From positions 219,633 to 283,632 of the forward strand of contig NW_015165238.1 of the NCBI RefSeq assembly GCF_001447785.1: DNA of 64,000 nt, given 5' to 3'. The DNA comes from Gekko japonicus. Its lineage: Eukaryota. The translations under genes were made by a program, and so were the position numbers. Position 1 is the stretch's first letter, and each line of letters begins with the position of its first letter. The notes beneath the pieces were generated by a model. That model was not told the DNA's origin, ran no database searches, and saw only the letters and a program-made list of their open reading frames with translations. Shown piece after piece: positions 62,801 to 64,000 of this stretch.

Positions 62801-63669
62801 GACAGTATTTTGAATATGTATACACCATTCAATATGTATAATATGGAATTTGTTTGTAAGTATCAACATGTATTCACAGCTCCACCACTAAGACAGTGGC
62901 CTGAAGAAGCTAGAAGAAAGACAGCAACCTAGGCAATCCGTAGTTGCTTCTTTTGTGACTGTGTTTGGAGACAAAAAGGGAATGGTTTATAACTTCTGTG
63001 AAAAAGGACTGTAAATGAAAATACTAATTCATTTTAAGAACACAATTTGTTGTCTGGTGCTTTATTTGTACAGTTGTTGGGGTTTTTTGGATGGTTGCAT
63101 ACTTGCATGCACTGTACAGCCATTGGTGGTTGATTTCATGCCTGGGAACTGGCAGAACACTTGGGGGTGGGGACATGGGGGCACAATATTCTATGTACCA
63201 CAACCACTACGTCACTTCTGAGTTTTCCCCAGCAATAATTTTATTATGGATGAAATATTGCTCCATTCCATATGTTAATATGTCTTATACATTAATACAA
63301 TAGAAAATCTGTAGAGTTACAAAATGTTATTTATTTGGAAAATAGATAGGTTAGTACTGTCGGGTGAAACACACATTTTGTCTGAGATCCAAAGAGAGGC
63401 TTTAGGTGCCTCTAACAGCTGAGACATGCTCAGTGAAAAGTATATATTGCTATAAATAATAGACAAAAATGGAACAAAACCTGTTTTCAATTGTTTTCCC
63501 CAATTTCCACAGTGGTCCACCATATTCATATGAGGTAATGTTCATTGACAAAGATAACATGAGATGAAAGCCTCTTGAGATATACAGCTTGAGCAGCATA
63601 GCTCTTGGGATCCTTGACAGAAACATTTATGGCAACGTCATAGCCAACCAAACAAGTGTCAGGTAGCCT

Positions 63670-64000
63670 TGCTCACAGACTCTTTAACAGCTTCATTGCC
63701 TAGTCCAAAGAGTTCACTGAAGGAGTCAAGACAATACAGATGACAGAGAGGACTTTTCAAGAACAGCTCTTATCATAACCATGGCTTGCCCAAGGTCATC
63801 CAGCCAGGTGCAAGTGGAGGAGTGGGAAATCAAACCCAGTTCTCCCAGATTAGAGTCTGCGCACTTAACCACTACACCAACCTGGCTCTTAAAGACCCTA
63901 ACAATGACCCCATAAAAGAAAGAAACCAGTTAGATCTGGTGAGCAGGTGGAAAATGCAGTCTTTTTCCCAATAAAAGATGAGATCCTTGGAAAGGTTTCT
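63670..64000 (-). pseudogene. OR pseudogene 3' part (runs off the window), interrupted by a SINE
   Basis: ETFPRISSFIGKKTAFSTCSPDL/VSFFYGVIV, then after the SINE LSVICIVLTPSVNSL/GNEAVKES; paralog of 57299-58243. Confidence 0.8.
63750..63888 (-). mobile_element. tRNA-derived SINE fragment (Squam3-like) inside the OR pseudogene
   Basis: Reverse complement of the 53478 head (ttaaccactacaccaacctggct). Confidence 0.75.

Overview
Eukaryotic (vertebrate) genomic DNA, almost certainly a squamate reptile and probably a gecko, inferred from Sauria SINEs with (ACCTTT)n tails, tRNA-SINEs with CTT tails, and CR1/RTE-X/L1/L2 remnants. The window is an olfactory receptor (class II, OR6/OR11-like) cluster. 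On the + strand is a tandem array built by ~7-12 kb segmental duplications: intact ORs at 8504, 20404 and 39828, an OR at 32514 whose last 19 codons are displaced by a Sauria SINE, a 3' OR relic at 11935 and an orphan upstream block at ~27.7-29.5 kb. Across a 143-N gap, the - strand holds two intact ORs (49187-50167, 57299-58243) and two OR pseudogene relics missed by the ORF track (~47.2-47.5 kb, 63.7-64.0 kb). A decayed vomeronasal type-2 receptor (V2R) 7TM exon lies inside the array. The rest is dense with transposons: a young LTR element with a Tf1/sushi-type self-priming signature, an ORF1-only 'half-L1', Harbinger and hAT MITEs with TSDs, and Ngaro/DIRS-like remnants. No prokaryotic system, CRISPR array, rRNA or true tRNA is present. 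The most interesting items are the SINE-disrupted OR (read-through tail versus possible in-frame splice rescue), the self-priming LTR element, the half-L1 and the V2R relic. Coordinates were read by eye; TE family names are motif-based, not database-confirmed.
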